A DNA stretch of 64,000 nt, taken from contig OY781945.1 in NCBI GenBank assembly GCA_963677435.1, forward strand, positions 3,008,001 through 3,072,000, in the 5' to 3' direction. Of the stretch, positions 10,364-20,251 are shown one piece after another. The notes under the pieces were generated by a model. That model was given only the letters and a program-made list of their open reading frames with translations. It was not told the origin of the DNA and did no database searches. Origin of the DNA: an uncultured Aliarcobacter sp. GTDB lineage: Bacteria; Campylobacterota; Campylobacteria; Campylobacterales; Arcobacteraceae. Position 1 is the first letter of the stretch. Every line of letters begins with the position of its first letter. The translations under genes and the position numbers were made by a program.

Positions 10364-10460
10364 TTTTTTCCTTTTATTTTAGTTTGGATTTTAGCAAAAA
10401 GCTGTTTAAAAATAAAACTTTTTGTATAATGCAAAAATTTATCTTTCTAGGAATTATTTT

Positions 10461-12791
10461 ATGAAATTACAAATCTTTATACTATCACTGTTTATTATTC
10501 TATTTACAGCTTGTTCAACTAAACCTTTAGAACCAGTAGAGTTTGATGAATTAAAAAGAGAAATATCTTTTATTAATGATGTAAAACCAATATTGGATAA
10601 AAGATGTGTATCTTGTCACTCTTGTTATAACTCACCTTGTCAATTAAAATTATCATCTTTTGAGGGAATTCAAAGGGGTTCATCAAAAAAGAATATTTAT
10701 GAAAATAGGATGAGCGCAGATAATCCAACAAGACTTTTTGTTGATGCTGTTAATGAAAAACAATGGAGAGGGAAAGGTTTTACTTCAGTTCTTGATTCTA
10801 TGAATGAATCAAATGAATCAATAATGATGCAATATCTTTTTCAAAAAAATAAAAATCCTTTAAATATAGGAAAGTATTCTCCTGAAAAAGATGAATTAAC
10901 TTGTGTAAAAGATAAAGATGAATTAACAGATTTTTTTGATGAGAATCCACATAAAGGAATGCCATATGGTTTTCCAGCTTTAAAAAAAGATGAATACAAC
11001 CTTTTGATGACTTGGCTTAAACAAGGTTCTATAGATGATACACAAAAGGATATTCGTACTGATATTGAAAAAGAACAAATTAAGAAATTTGAACAATTCT
11101 TTAATAATCAAGACATTAAACATCAAGTAAGTGCCAGATATATTTATGAACATCTTTTTTTAGCACATATCTCTTTTGAGGATAGAAGTGGAAACTTCTA
11201 TGAGTTAATTCGCTCAAAAACTCCTACTGGACAAAAAGCACAAATTATTCCAACTAGATTTCCTTATGAGGGAATAAGTGAAAAGTTTTATTATAGATTT
11301 CAAAAAATAGAATCAACAATAGTACATAAAACTCACATGGTGTATAAGTTAAATGATGAAAAACTAAAAAGATATAATGAATTATTTATAGATACTAATT
11401 GGGAACAAAAACCATTTTTACCAACTTATGATACAAATATCTCTGCAAATGCATTAAGAACTTTTGAACAAATTCCAGTAAAAAGTCGATACCAGTTTTT
11501 ACTTGATGATGTTCATTATATTATTATGACATTTATTAGAGGTCCAGTTTGTAAAGGTCAAATTGCCTTGAATGTTATTCAAGACCAATTTTGGGTAATG
11601 TTTTTAGATCCAAAATATGATTTATCAGTTCAAGATAAATATTTTTTGCATGATAATATTTCAAATCTTTCAATACCAAATGAATATGGAGAAGATCCAA
11701 GTTTATATAAAACTTTTAAAGCTTTAGATAATTATGAATTAGCTAAAAAATATGAAACAAACAAAGCACAAATTTATAAACAATATTATCCAAAAGGTTT
11801 ATTTATGGATGCTATTTGGAAAGGAAATTCAAACCAAGAAAATGATTCAATTTTGACAATTTATAGACATTTTGATTCAGCTTCTGTACAAAAAGGTGCA
11901 TTAGGAGATATTCCAAAAACTTTGTGGGTTATTGATTATCCACTTCTTGAGCGAATTTATTATTCATTAGTTGCTGGATTTGATGTGTTTGGAAATACAG
12001 CTCATCAATTACTTGTGCGAACTCATATGGATAGATTAAGAATAGAAGGAGAGAGTAACTTCTTAGAATTTTTACCAAAAAAATCTAGAATTGATTATTT
12101 TGATTCTTGGTATGAGGGTTGGTTGGCTCAATATTTAAGTGTTTATATTCCTTCAAACAATGATGTGGATATTTCATATAAAACAACAGATTATAAAAAA
12201 GAGTTTGTGCAAAAATTATTTGAATATACAAATACAAAAAAAGACCCAATAAATTTTATAGAAGATGGTTATAAAAAAACTCCTATAAAAAATGTATATA
12301 ATTCAAAGGAAGAAATAGAAGAGAGTTTTAAAACATTAACTCTTCCAAATAGTTCTGAATTGATAAAAAATTTTAATGATACAGAGTCAAATCTTGCTTA
12401 TATAAAAATTGAACTAAATTCTGGTGAAAATCTTGTTTATACTTTAGTAATAAACAGATGGCATAAAAATGTTGCCTTACTTTTTGATGAAGAATCAAGG
12501 TTAGATTCTTCAAAAGATAGAATAAATGTCATAAAAGGTTTTATAGGTTCTTACCCAAATGCTTTTGTTATTGTAAAACAAAATCAATTAAGTGATTTTT
12601 TTAATCTTTTACAAAATTATCAAGATAATGAAAATAATAATAAAAGACTATTAAATTATGTTGTAAACAGAGCGAATCCTAATTTTTGGGAAATTTTTGA
12701 TTGGTTTGATAAAGAGTTTAAAAAACAAGATCCACTTCAATATGGTTTATTTGATTTAAATAAATATATAAGTCAAGCCAAAGAGCAATAA
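10461..12791 (+). CDS. cti: Fatty acid cis/trans isomerase (heme c, probable lipoprotein)
   Basis: VKPILDKRCVSCHSCYNSPCQLKLSS, RYIYEHLFLAH and FIRGPVCKGQIALNVI motifs; lipobox LFTAC after ATG 10461. Confidence 0.9.
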   Translation: MKLQIFILSLFIILFTACSTKPLEPVEFDELKREISFINDVKPILDKRCVSCHSCYNSPCQLKLSSFEGIQRGSSKKNIYENRMSADNPTRLFVDAVNEKQWRGKGFTSVLDSMNESNESIMMQYLFQKNKNPLNIGKYSPEKDELTCVKDKDELTDFFDENPHKGMPYGFPALKKDEYNLLMTWLKQGSIDDTQKDIRTDIEKEQIKKFEQFFNNQDIKHQVSARYIYEHLFLAHISFEDRSGNFYELIRSKTPTGQKAQIIPTRFPYEGISEKFYYRFQKIESTIVHKTHMVYKLNDEKLKRYNELFIDTNWEQKPFLPTYDTNISANALRTFEQIPVKSRYQFLLDDVHYIIMTFIRGPVCKGQIALNVIQDQFWVMFLDPKYDLSVQDKYFLHDNISNLSIPNEYGEDPSLYKTFKALDNYELAKKYETNKAQIYKQYYPKGLFMDAIWKGNSNQENDSILTIYRHFDSASVQKGALGDIPKTLWVIDYPLLERIYYSLVAGFDVFGNTAHQLLVRTHMDRLRIEGESNFLEFLPKKSRIDYFDSWYEGWLAQYLSVYIPSNNDVDISYKTTDYKKEFVQKLFEYTNTKKDPINFIEDGYKKTPIKNVYNSKEEIEESFKTLTLPNSSELIKNFNDTESNLAYIKIELNSGENLVYTLVINRWHKNVALLFDEESRLDSSKDRINVIKGFIGSYPNAFVIVKQNQLSDFFNLLQNYQDNENNNKRLLNYVVNRANPNFWEIFDWFDKEFKKQDPLQYGLFDLNKYISQAKEQ

Positions 12792-12863
12792 TTAATAAAT
12801 GGTTTAAATATTTTAGATATAATTTTCCCTTAAAATCACATCTAAATTTTTTTAGGAAAATAA

Positions 12864-14063
12864 ATGAATGAACAAATAGAACAAATAGACAAAGAGTATG
12901 TATTACATACTTATTCTAGAAATTATGTTAACTTTAAAAAAGGTATAAATGCTACACTTTTTGATGAAAATGATAAAGATTATATTGATTTTACATCGGG
13001 AATTGCAGTTTGTAGTGTAGGACATGGAAATAAAAGAGTTGCTGATAAAATCTATGAACAAGTTTTAAATATAACTCATATTTCAAATTTATATGCAATT
13101 GAACCACAAGCAAAATTAGCAAAAAGATTAAAAGAATTATGTGGCTATGACATTAGAACTTTTTTTGCGAATAGTGGTGCTGAAGCAAATGAAGGTGCTA
13201 TTAAAATTGCTAGAAAATATGGTGAAACAAAATTTGAAAATAAAAGATATAAAGTTATCACATTAGAACACTCTTTTCATGGAAGAACTATTACAACTGT
13301 AAAAGCAACTGGACAAAGCTCAATGCATACTCCAAACTTTGCTCCATATCCTGATGGTTTTTCATATCATAATAAAATAGATGATATTTATAATGCAATT
13401 GATAATGAAACTGTTGCTGTTATGATTGAACTTGTTCAAGGTGAAGGTGGTGTTCAACCATTTGATAAAAAAGAGATTCAAGAATTAGCAAAATTCTTAA
13501 AAGAAAATGATATTTTATTAATTATTGATGAAGTTCAAACAGGAGTTTATAGAACAGGTGAGTTCTTAGCTGCTAATCTTTATGAAATTGAACCAGATAT
13601 TGTTACTCTTGCAAAAGGTTTAGGTGGTGGAGTTCCAATTGGTGCTATTATGACAACACTTAAAGATATTTTTAGTCCAGGTGATCATGGTTCTACTTTT
13701 GGTGGAAATTATCTTGTAACAACTGCTGCTTTAGAAGTTTTAGATATTTTAGAAGAAGTAAAAGATAGTGGGGCTTTAGCTGAAACTATTATTTATTTTA
13801 ATAAAAAATTAAATGAACTTTATGAAAATAACAAAGAAATATTCACTGATAATGTAGGTCTTGGACTCATGAGAGGACTAAGAGTTAAAGATGCTGATAC
13901 TTTAGCACTTGTTATTAAAACTGCCTTTGAACACGGTATATTAGTTTTAAAAGCAGGGAAAAATACTTTAAGATTTCTTCCAGCATTAACTATTTCAAAA
14001 GAAGAAATGAATGAAGGATTTGTAAGGTTAGAAAATGCACTTGATAAAATCAAGCAAGGTTAA
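12864..14063 (+). CDS. argD: Acetylornithine aminotransferase (class III PLP)
   Basis: NSGAEANE, SFHGRT, DEVQTG, LAKGLGGG and HGSTFGGN motifs. Confidence 0.92.
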   Translation: MNEQIEQIDKEYVLHTYSRNYVNFKKGINATLFDENDKDYIDFTSGIAVCSVGHGNKRVADKIYEQVLNITHISNLYAIEPQAKLAKRLKELCGYDIRTFFANSGAEANEGAIKIARKYGETKFENKRYKVITLEHSFHGRTITTVKATGQSSMHTPNFAPYPDGFSYHNKIDDIYNAIDNETVAVMIELVQGEGGVQPFDKKEIQELAKFLKENDILLIIDEVQTGVYRTGEFLAANLYEIEPDIVTLAKGLGGGVPIGAIMTTLKDIFSPGDHGSTFGGNYLVTTAALEVLDILEEVKDSGALAETIIYFNKKLNELYENNKEIFTDNVGLGLMRGLRVKDADTLALVIKTAFEHGILVLKAGKNTLRFLPALTISKEEMNEGFVRLENALDKIKQG

Positions 14064-15228
14064 ACTACTACTTTGTAGTTTAATCTTTTCAAGTTTGTAT
14101 GCTCAAACTGAAGCCTTTGATGAAAAAATTCTTTCAGATAAAAGACTGAAAGATTTTGATTTATCACAAGAACAAATTAAAGAAGATAGTTCAAAACTAA
14201 GAAAAGATTGGATAAATCCAATTACCTATCAATATACAAATAATTTGGGTGAAGATGATAAAACTCAAAGGTCGATGATATCTATTAATCAACCTATTTT
14301 CCAAAGTGGTGGAATTTATCAAGCTATAAAATATGCAGATAATAGTTATAAATATGCAGATTTAGATTTAGCACAACAAAAAAAAGAGCTAATCAAAGAA
14401 GCATTAAATTATCTTTATAATATTGAAAAAGCTAACTTAAATATTCAAAAAGCTAAATACACTTTAGAAAATGCAAAAATAGATGTGAATAGAAAAAAGG
14501 AACAAGTTTTAAATGGTTTTTTAGATGCTTCATTTTTGGATGATGCACTTTTAACTTTGAACACTACAAAAAATAACTTGGTTGATTTAAAATATCAAAA
14601 ACAAGAATTAATCAATAATTTTAATAATATATCTTCAAGCGATTATACAAATTTTGAGTTGCCAACTTTTACAATATTTAGTGAAAAAGAGTTTTTAGAA
14701 AATAATATAAATCTAAAAAAAATAGAAGCTGATGTGGATAAAAAAAATAATTATTCATATATGACAATGGCGAAATATCTTCCAAGTGTAAATGCATATT
14801 ATACTTATTCAAAATATCATGATACAGATAATAATACAAAATACTCAAAAGAGAATGACCAAACTTTTGGATTAACTGTAACTGTACCTTTTGATTCAAG
14901 AACTTACAATGATGTTCAAAGTAAAAGAATTGATTATTTAAAATCTAAATTAAATTTAGAAAATAGCTTAAATGATGAAAAAACTTTTTTCAAAAGTAAA
15001 CTTCAAAAAATATCAATGATTGAGGAAAGATTACAAATTACAAAAGATGATTTAGAAGTTTATAACTCTATTTTAAAAATCATAAATGAAGAGAAAGAAG
15101 CCCAATTAAAAACCCAAAGTGATTTGGATACTCTACAAAATTCACAAAAAATAAAATCTTTAGATTTAAAAATCTACGAAATAGATAAACAACTAGAACT
15201 TCTAGAAATGTATGTAAAACTTTATTAA
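14035..15228 (+). CDS. TolC family outer-membrane efflux protein
   Basis: Signal peptide; two OEP-type repeats (ISINQPIFQSG; AKYLPSV...GLTVTVPF) with long coiled coils. Confidence 0.75.
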   Translation: MHLIKSSKVKLLLCSLIFSSLYAQTEAFDEKILSDKRLKDFDLSQEQIKEDSSKLRKDWINPITYQYTNNLGEDDKTQRSMISINQPIFQSGGIYQAIKYADNSYKYADLDLAQQKKELIKEALNYLYNIEKANLNIQKAKYTLENAKIDVNRKKEQVLNGFLDASFLDDALLTLNTTKNNLVDLKYQKQELINNFNNISSSDYTNFELPTFTIFSEKEFLENNINLKKIEADVDKKNNYSYMTMAKYLPSVNAYYTYSKYHDTDNNTKYSKENDQTFGLTVTVPFDSRTYNDVQSKRIDYLKSKLNLENSLNDEKTFFKSKLQKISMIEERLQITKDDLEVYNSILKIINEEKEAQLKTQSDLDTLQNSQKIKSLDLKIYEIDKQLELLEMYVKLY

Positions 15229-15295
15229 GTTTTACATTACATAAATCTATATAATCTCCATAAAATAGTATATAATAGAATAAATATCTTTATTT

Positions 15296-17845
15296 ATGGA
15301 AACAATGATGCAAAAAATTAAATCAAAAAATCAACAACTTGGGAAAATTCTTTCTAAACATTTTGTTAAATTTTCATTAATTCCTATACTTATAATTGAA
15401 GTTTCATTAATTATATTATACTTCTCTATAAACTCATATATTTCATCAAAAAATGTTAATCTTTTATTAAAACAAGCATTATCACATACTCAAACAATTT
15501 TAGAAAGTGAAGCCACAATCATAAGTAATAAACTTGGAGAAATTACAAAAACAGCTACAATTTTACAGAATTTACATGAAGATATCATTTCAAATCCTAA
15601 ACATTTTGACTTTTCAAATGATAATCTACAATTTTCTGTAGCACCAAATGGAGTATTTTATAAGACAAATAAAAATGGTTCTAGTCTTTATTATTCATCT
15701 AATACAAAAATTACACAAAAAGAAAAAGATAAAGCAACTTTAACTGAAGCTATGGATACTTCATTAAAAAGTGCTGTAGAAACTAATCCAATTATAACTG
15801 CTGCATATTTTAATACTTGGGATAATATGAATAGACTTTATCCTTTTATTGATAATGTCTATGAACAATATGGTCAACATATTAATATGGAAGATTATAA
15901 TTTCTATTATTTAGCTGATTTAAAACATGACCCCGAAAAAAAACCTGTTTGGACAAATACATATCTAGATCCTGCTGGAAATGGTTGGATGTTATCATGT
16001 GTTGTTCCAATTTATAATAAAGATTTTTTAGAAGGAGTTACGGGACTTGATATTACAATTGATAGTTTTGTAAAAAATATATTAGATAAAAAACTACCGT
16101 ATGAAGCAAGTTTATTTTTAGTTGATGAAACTGGTATGATTATTGCTATGCCTGAAAAAATAGAATCTTTACTCGGATTAAAAGAGTTAAAAGAACATCT
16201 TTATACAGACTCCATTTTAAAAACAATATCAAAACCAGAAGAGTTTAATATTCTTACAAATAAAAGTCCCTTTGCAGCTCATTTTAAAAATCTGATTGAA
16301 AATAAAACAAAATATGCTACTTTAAAAATTAATAATAAAGAGTATTTAACACTACAAGAGAACATTGAAGAAAACAAATGGAAATTGATGATTCTAATTG
16401 ATACAAAAAACATATATACTTCAATTGAATCTTTAAAAAATTTATCTGATAATATTGGTTATCTAGCTATTATTTTTTTAATATCATTTTATGTCATTTT
16501 CTTTTATTTTTTATTAAAAAAAATAAATATCTTTTCAGATTCTATTACTAAACCTATAATTGATTTATCAACACAAACTTCACAAGTATCAGGAGAGCAT
16601 AAAGATATAGAAATAATTGATACAAATATATCAGAAATTCATCAACTAAGTTCAAACTTTGTTTTAATGATAAAGCAATTAAATGAAAGAACAAAAAAAC
16701 TTTATGATGCCAAAATTTCAGCAGAAGAAGCCAATAAAGCAAAAGATGATTTTCTAGCAAATATGAGTCATGAACTTAAAACTCCTCTAAATTCAATCAA
16801 TATAATTAGTGAAATAATGAAAAAAAATAGATCTAAAAATTTAGATGAAAAACAGATAAAAAATCTAGAAATCATACATAAATGTGGGGAAGATTTATTA
16901 TATTTAATAAATGATATTCTTGATTTATCAAAACTTGATGCAAAAGAAAATCTTATTCAAAACTCAAAAATAGATTTAAAAGAGTATATGACAAATATTT
17001 ATGATATGTTTTATGCACAAACAAAAGAAAAGAGTTTAAAACTTGTTTTTAAAATTGATGATAGTTTAGATTTTATATATAGTGATGAAATTAAAATAAA
17101 ACAAATAATAAAAAATCTTCTAAGTAATTCACTTAAATTTACAAAAGAAGGCAAAATCTACTTTTTTGTAGAAGATTATAAAACTGATATTAAAATCACT
17201 ATTCAAGATGAAGGAATTGGAATTCCACAAGATAAAATTGAATATATTTTTGATAGATTTAAGCAATTAGATGGAACTAGAACTAGGAAATATGGAGGAA
17301 CAGGTTTAGGACTTACTATATGTAAGGAGTTAATAACTCTTTTAAATGGAAAAATAAATGTAACTAGTCAAGTAGGTGTTGGTACAACTTTTGAAGTAAT
17401 TATTCCTAAAAACAATGATTTAGTTTTAGAAGAAAATATTGATAATCATCAAAAGGTTGAAGAGTCAAGCAATGATGAAATAAATAATATTTCTATTGAA
17501 GAAGATTTTGTATTTGAGAATGATAAAAATCCAATCGAAAAAGAGCTTATTTATATTTTAAATAATGATCCAATTTACTTCTTAAATCTAATAATAGAAT
17601 TAAATAAAAAATATATTGTAAAACAAGTAGCAAAAACAGAAGAGTTATTATTAATTGGTGAAGAAAATTTCAAAATTATTGTTGATATATCAAAATTAAA
17701 AGATAATGATATAAAAATTATAAAAGATTTATATTCAAATAATTTAATTCTTTTATATGAAGATATTATTGAAGAAGAATTGAGAAATAAAGCCTCAAGA
17801 ATTTATCAAAAACCTTTAAGTAAAGATATTATTCTTAGTTTATAG
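15296..17845 (+). CDS. Membrane sensor histidine kinase (Cache sensor, HAMP, HisKA, HATPase, degenerate receiver)
   Basis: Two TM helices; PVWTNTYLDPAG Cache motif; FLANMSHELKTPLN H-box; NLLSNSLKFT, DEGIGI and GGTGLGL boxes. Confidence 0.9.
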   Translation: METMMQKIKSKNQQLGKILSKHFVKFSLIPILIIEVSLIILYFSINSYISSKNVNLLLKQALSHTQTILESEATIISNKLGEITKTATILQNLHEDIISNPKHFDFSNDNLQFSVAPNGVFYKTNKNGSSLYYSSNTKITQKEKDKATLTEAMDTSLKSAVETNPIITAAYFNTWDNMNRLYPFIDNVYEQYGQHINMEDYNFYYLADLKHDPEKKPVWTNTYLDPAGNGWMLSCVVPIYNKDFLEGVTGLDITIDSFVKNILDKKLPYEASLFLVDETGMIIAMPEKIESLLGLKELKEHLYTDSILKTISKPEEFNILTNKSPFAAHFKNLIENKTKYATLKINNKEYLTLQENIEENKWKLMILIDTKNIYTSIESLKNLSDNIGYLAIIFLISFYVIFFYFLLKKINIFSDSITKPIIDLSTQTSQVSGEHKDIEIIDTNISEIHQLSSNFVLMIKQLNERTKKLYDAKISAEEANKAKDDFLANMSHELKTPLNSINIISEIMKKNRSKNLDEKQIKNLEIIHKCGEDLLYLINDILDLSKLDAKENLIQNSKIDLKEYMTNIYDMFYAQTKEKSLKLVFKIDDSLDFIYSDEIKIKQIIKNLLSNSLKFTKEGKIYFFVEDYKTDIKITIQDEGIGIPQDKIEYIFDRFKQLDGTRTRKYGGTGLGLTICKELITLLNGKINVTSQVGVGTTFEVIIPKNNDLVLEENIDNHQKVEESSNDEINNISIEEDFVFENDKNPIEKELIYILNNDPIYFLNLIIELNKKYIVKQVAKTEELLLIGEENFKIIVDISKLKDNDIKIIKDLYSNNLILLYEDIIEEELRNKASRIYQKPLSKDIILSL

Positions 17846-17846
17846 C

Positions 17847-17879
17847 TAATAAATAAGGTAAAAATTACCTTATTTATTA
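17847..17879. terminator. Bidirectional terminator between the kinase gene and pyk
   Basis: Perfect 15-bp inverted repeat TAATAAATAAGGTAA-aaa-TTACCTTATTTATTA. Confidence 0.75.
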
Positions 17880-17882
17880 CTC

Positions 17883-19349
17883 TTATTTAGACTTTTTATC
17901 TTTTTCTTTTGTTTCTTTAAAATTTAAGTAATACTCAATTTCAGATGGAGTTAAAATTTTAATTGTATTTGTACTTCCTGGCATTCCAACTGGATATCCA
18001 ACAGTAGCTACATATAATCCATTTTTATTTAATAATCCTCTTCCATCAAGCTCTTTTAACATTTTTTGAAACATTTTTGAAGCTTGTGACTCTTTAATTG
18101 TTCCTATTGGTTCAACTCCCCAAACAGCAGTTAAAGAATTTAAAACTTTTCTTTTATGTGTAAATGTAAAAATAGGAGTTCTTGGTCTATATCTTGACAT
18201 TTTTAAAGCAGATTTTCCAGAACTTGTAAGTGCTAAAATACCATTTGCTTTTAAATCATCTGCAAGTTTTGTAACTGTTGCTTGAATAACATCAAATTCA
18301 TCTAAATATGGGAATTTGTATTGTTTATCGTAATTATAAATACCCTCAGTTTTTGCAATAATATTATGCATTGTATCAACAACATTAACTGGGTCTTCTC
18401 CAACTGCACTCTCTTCAGAAAGCATTACAACATCAGTTCCATCTAAAACAGCATTTGCAACATCTGAGATTTCAGCACGAGTAGCTCTTTCATTTTGAGT
18501 CATTGATAAAAGCATTTGAGTTGCTGTAATTACTGGGATTCCTTTTAAATTTGCTTTTTTAATAAGCATTTTTTGAATTGTAGGAACATCATAATAAGGT
18601 ACTTCTATTCCTAAATCTCCCCTAGCAACCATTAATCCATCACTTGCTTCTATAATTTCATCAATATTTTCAACAGCATCAAATTTTTCAATTTTTGCGA
18701 TTAATTTACCTTTATATGAACCTAAAAGATGTCTAGCTCTTCTCATATCTTTTGCATTTTGAACAAATGAAATAGCAAAATAATCAACTTCGTTTTCAAC
18801 TCCCCAAGCAATATCAATTTCATCTTTTTTTGTAATTACATCAATGTCAATTACAGTATTTGGGAAGTTTACACCTTTTCGTGAAGAAAGTGTTCCATGA
18901 TTTTCAATTCTAGCTTTTACTTCTTTTCCAATTTCAATAACTTTTGCTCTAATTGTTCCATCATATAAATATATATATTCATCTATTTTAACTTTGTCTA
19001 AAATATCTGGATAATTAATAGATACAACATACTCTTTGTCTGCTTTTTTGTATCCAATCATATCATCTTTTAAAAATGTAATTACATCATCTCTATATAA
19101 TTCAAATGGCTCTTTTAAATCACCAATTCTTACTTTTGGTCCTGAAATATCTTGTAAAATTCCAACTGTTTTATCTAAGTTTTTCATTGCTGTTCTAATA
19201 TTATTTAATGTTTCTAAATGATATTCGTGACTTCCGTGTGAAAAGTTTAATCTAAACATATTTGCACCGGCTTTTATAAGTCCTTCAATCATCTCCACGC
19301 TATGGCTTGCTGGGCCTAAAGTTGCTAATATTTTTGTTCTTTTTTCCAT
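17883..19349 (-). CDS. pyk: Pyruvate kinase
   Basis: RTKILATLGPAS, RLNFSHG, IAKIEK, MVARGDLG and ATQML motifs. Confidence 0.97.
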   Translation of the reverse strand: MEKRTKILATLGPASHSVEMIEGLIKAGANMFRLNFSHGSHEYHLETLNNIRTAMKNLDKTVGILQDISGPKVRIGDLKEPFELYRDDVITFLKDDMIGYKKADKEYVVSINYPDILDKVKIDEYIYLYDGTIRAKVIEIGKEVKARIENHGTLSSRKGVNFPNTVIDIDVITKKDEIDIAWGVENEVDYFAISFVQNAKDMRRARHLLGSYKGKLIAKIEKFDAVENIDEIIEASDGLMVARGDLGIEVPYYDVPTIQKMLIKKANLKGIPVITATQMLLSMTQNERATRAEISDVANAVLDGTDVVMLSEESAVGEDPVNVVDTMHNIIAKTEGIYNYDKQYKFPYLDEFDVIQATVTKLADDLKANGILALTSSGKSALKMSRYRPRTPIFTFTHKRKVLNSLTAVWGVEPIGTIKESQASKMFQKMLKELDGRGLLNKNGLYVATVGYPVGMPGSTNTIKILTPSEIEYYLNFKETKEKDKKSK

Positions 19350-19480
19350 AGTTTCTCCTTTTGAGTTGCATTAATTATAACATACAATTATTACAAATCA
19401 AGTTACTTTATTACATAACAATTATTTCACAATAAAGATGATAAAATCAACAATTCGAAATAAATTTTTAAAGGCTTTAT

Positions 19481-20206
19481 ATGAAATTATTAAATTTTAA
19501 AACTCTCATTTCTTCAATAGCAATAGCAACAATGATTAGTGGTTGTGCCCAAACCACTGGAAATCAAACTTATGATGAAAATCAAAATGCAATTATTGGA
19601 ACAACTCTTGGAGCGATTGCAGGTATTGTTCTTGGAAATAATATTGATGGTGGAAGTAAAGGAAGAAACAAAGTAATAGGTGCAGTTGCAGGTGCAGCAA
19701 TTGGTGGTGCAGTTGGTTATAGTATGGATAATCAAGCAAAAGAAGTTGCTCAAAGTTTAAATACAAATGTAAATAATAACCCAACAGCTGCATTAGACCC
19801 AAATCAAGACTTGATTGTTTCAAATACAGATAACTATGTAAAAATCATGTTTAGAGATGATATGATGTTTGAAACAAATTCAGCTAATCCAACTTATGCA
19901 GCTGGAACTAAAATAGCAAAAATCACAACTGTTTTACAAAAATATCCAAATACTTTAGTTCAAGTAGTAGGTCATACAGATAGCAGAGGAACACATGCTT
20001 ACAATCTTACACTATCAGAAAAAAGAGCTACAAATGTAGGAAATATCATTAATAATACAGGTGTACAAAATCAAATTTTTTCAAGAGGCTGCTCTTTTGA
20101 TAAACCAGTAGCTCCAAATACAAGTGATGCTAATATGGGATTAAACAGAAGAGTTGAAGTTTATTTATATCCAAATCAACAATCTGTAATTGATGTTTGT
20201 AGATAA
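19481..20206 (+). CDS. OmpA-family lipoprotein with glycine zipper (YiaD-like)
   Basis: Lipobox ISGC; GxxxG zipper; GHTDSRG...NLTLSEKRA...NRRVE peptidoglycan-binding domain. Confidence 0.88.
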   Translation: MKLLNFKTLISSIAIATMISGCAQTTGNQTYDENQNAIIGTTLGAIAGIVLGNNIDGGSKGRNKVIGAVAGAAIGGAVGYSMDNQAKEVAQSLNTNVNNNPTAALDPNQDLIVSNTDNYVKIMFRDDMMFETNSANPTYAAGTKIAKITTVLQKYPNTLVQVVGHTDSRGTHAYNLTLSEKRATNVGNIINNTGVQNQIFSRGCSFDKPVAPNTSDANMGLNRRVEVYLYPNQQSVIDVCR

Positions 20207-20251
20207 AAAGAGAAATCTTTTTATTTACAACTCTTTTGATACAATCCTTTT

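Noticed and set aside
15232..15242. TTACATTACAT occurring both here and at 59654-59664 upstream of flgK
   Set aside because: Opposite orientation relative to the downstream genes, and low information content in an AT-rich genome; chance is plausible
19384..19430. TTATTACA and ACAATTAT direct repeats in the pyk/ompA-family divergent spacer
   Set aside because: Could be response-regulator sites, but spacing is irregular and the sequence too AT-rich to support a call
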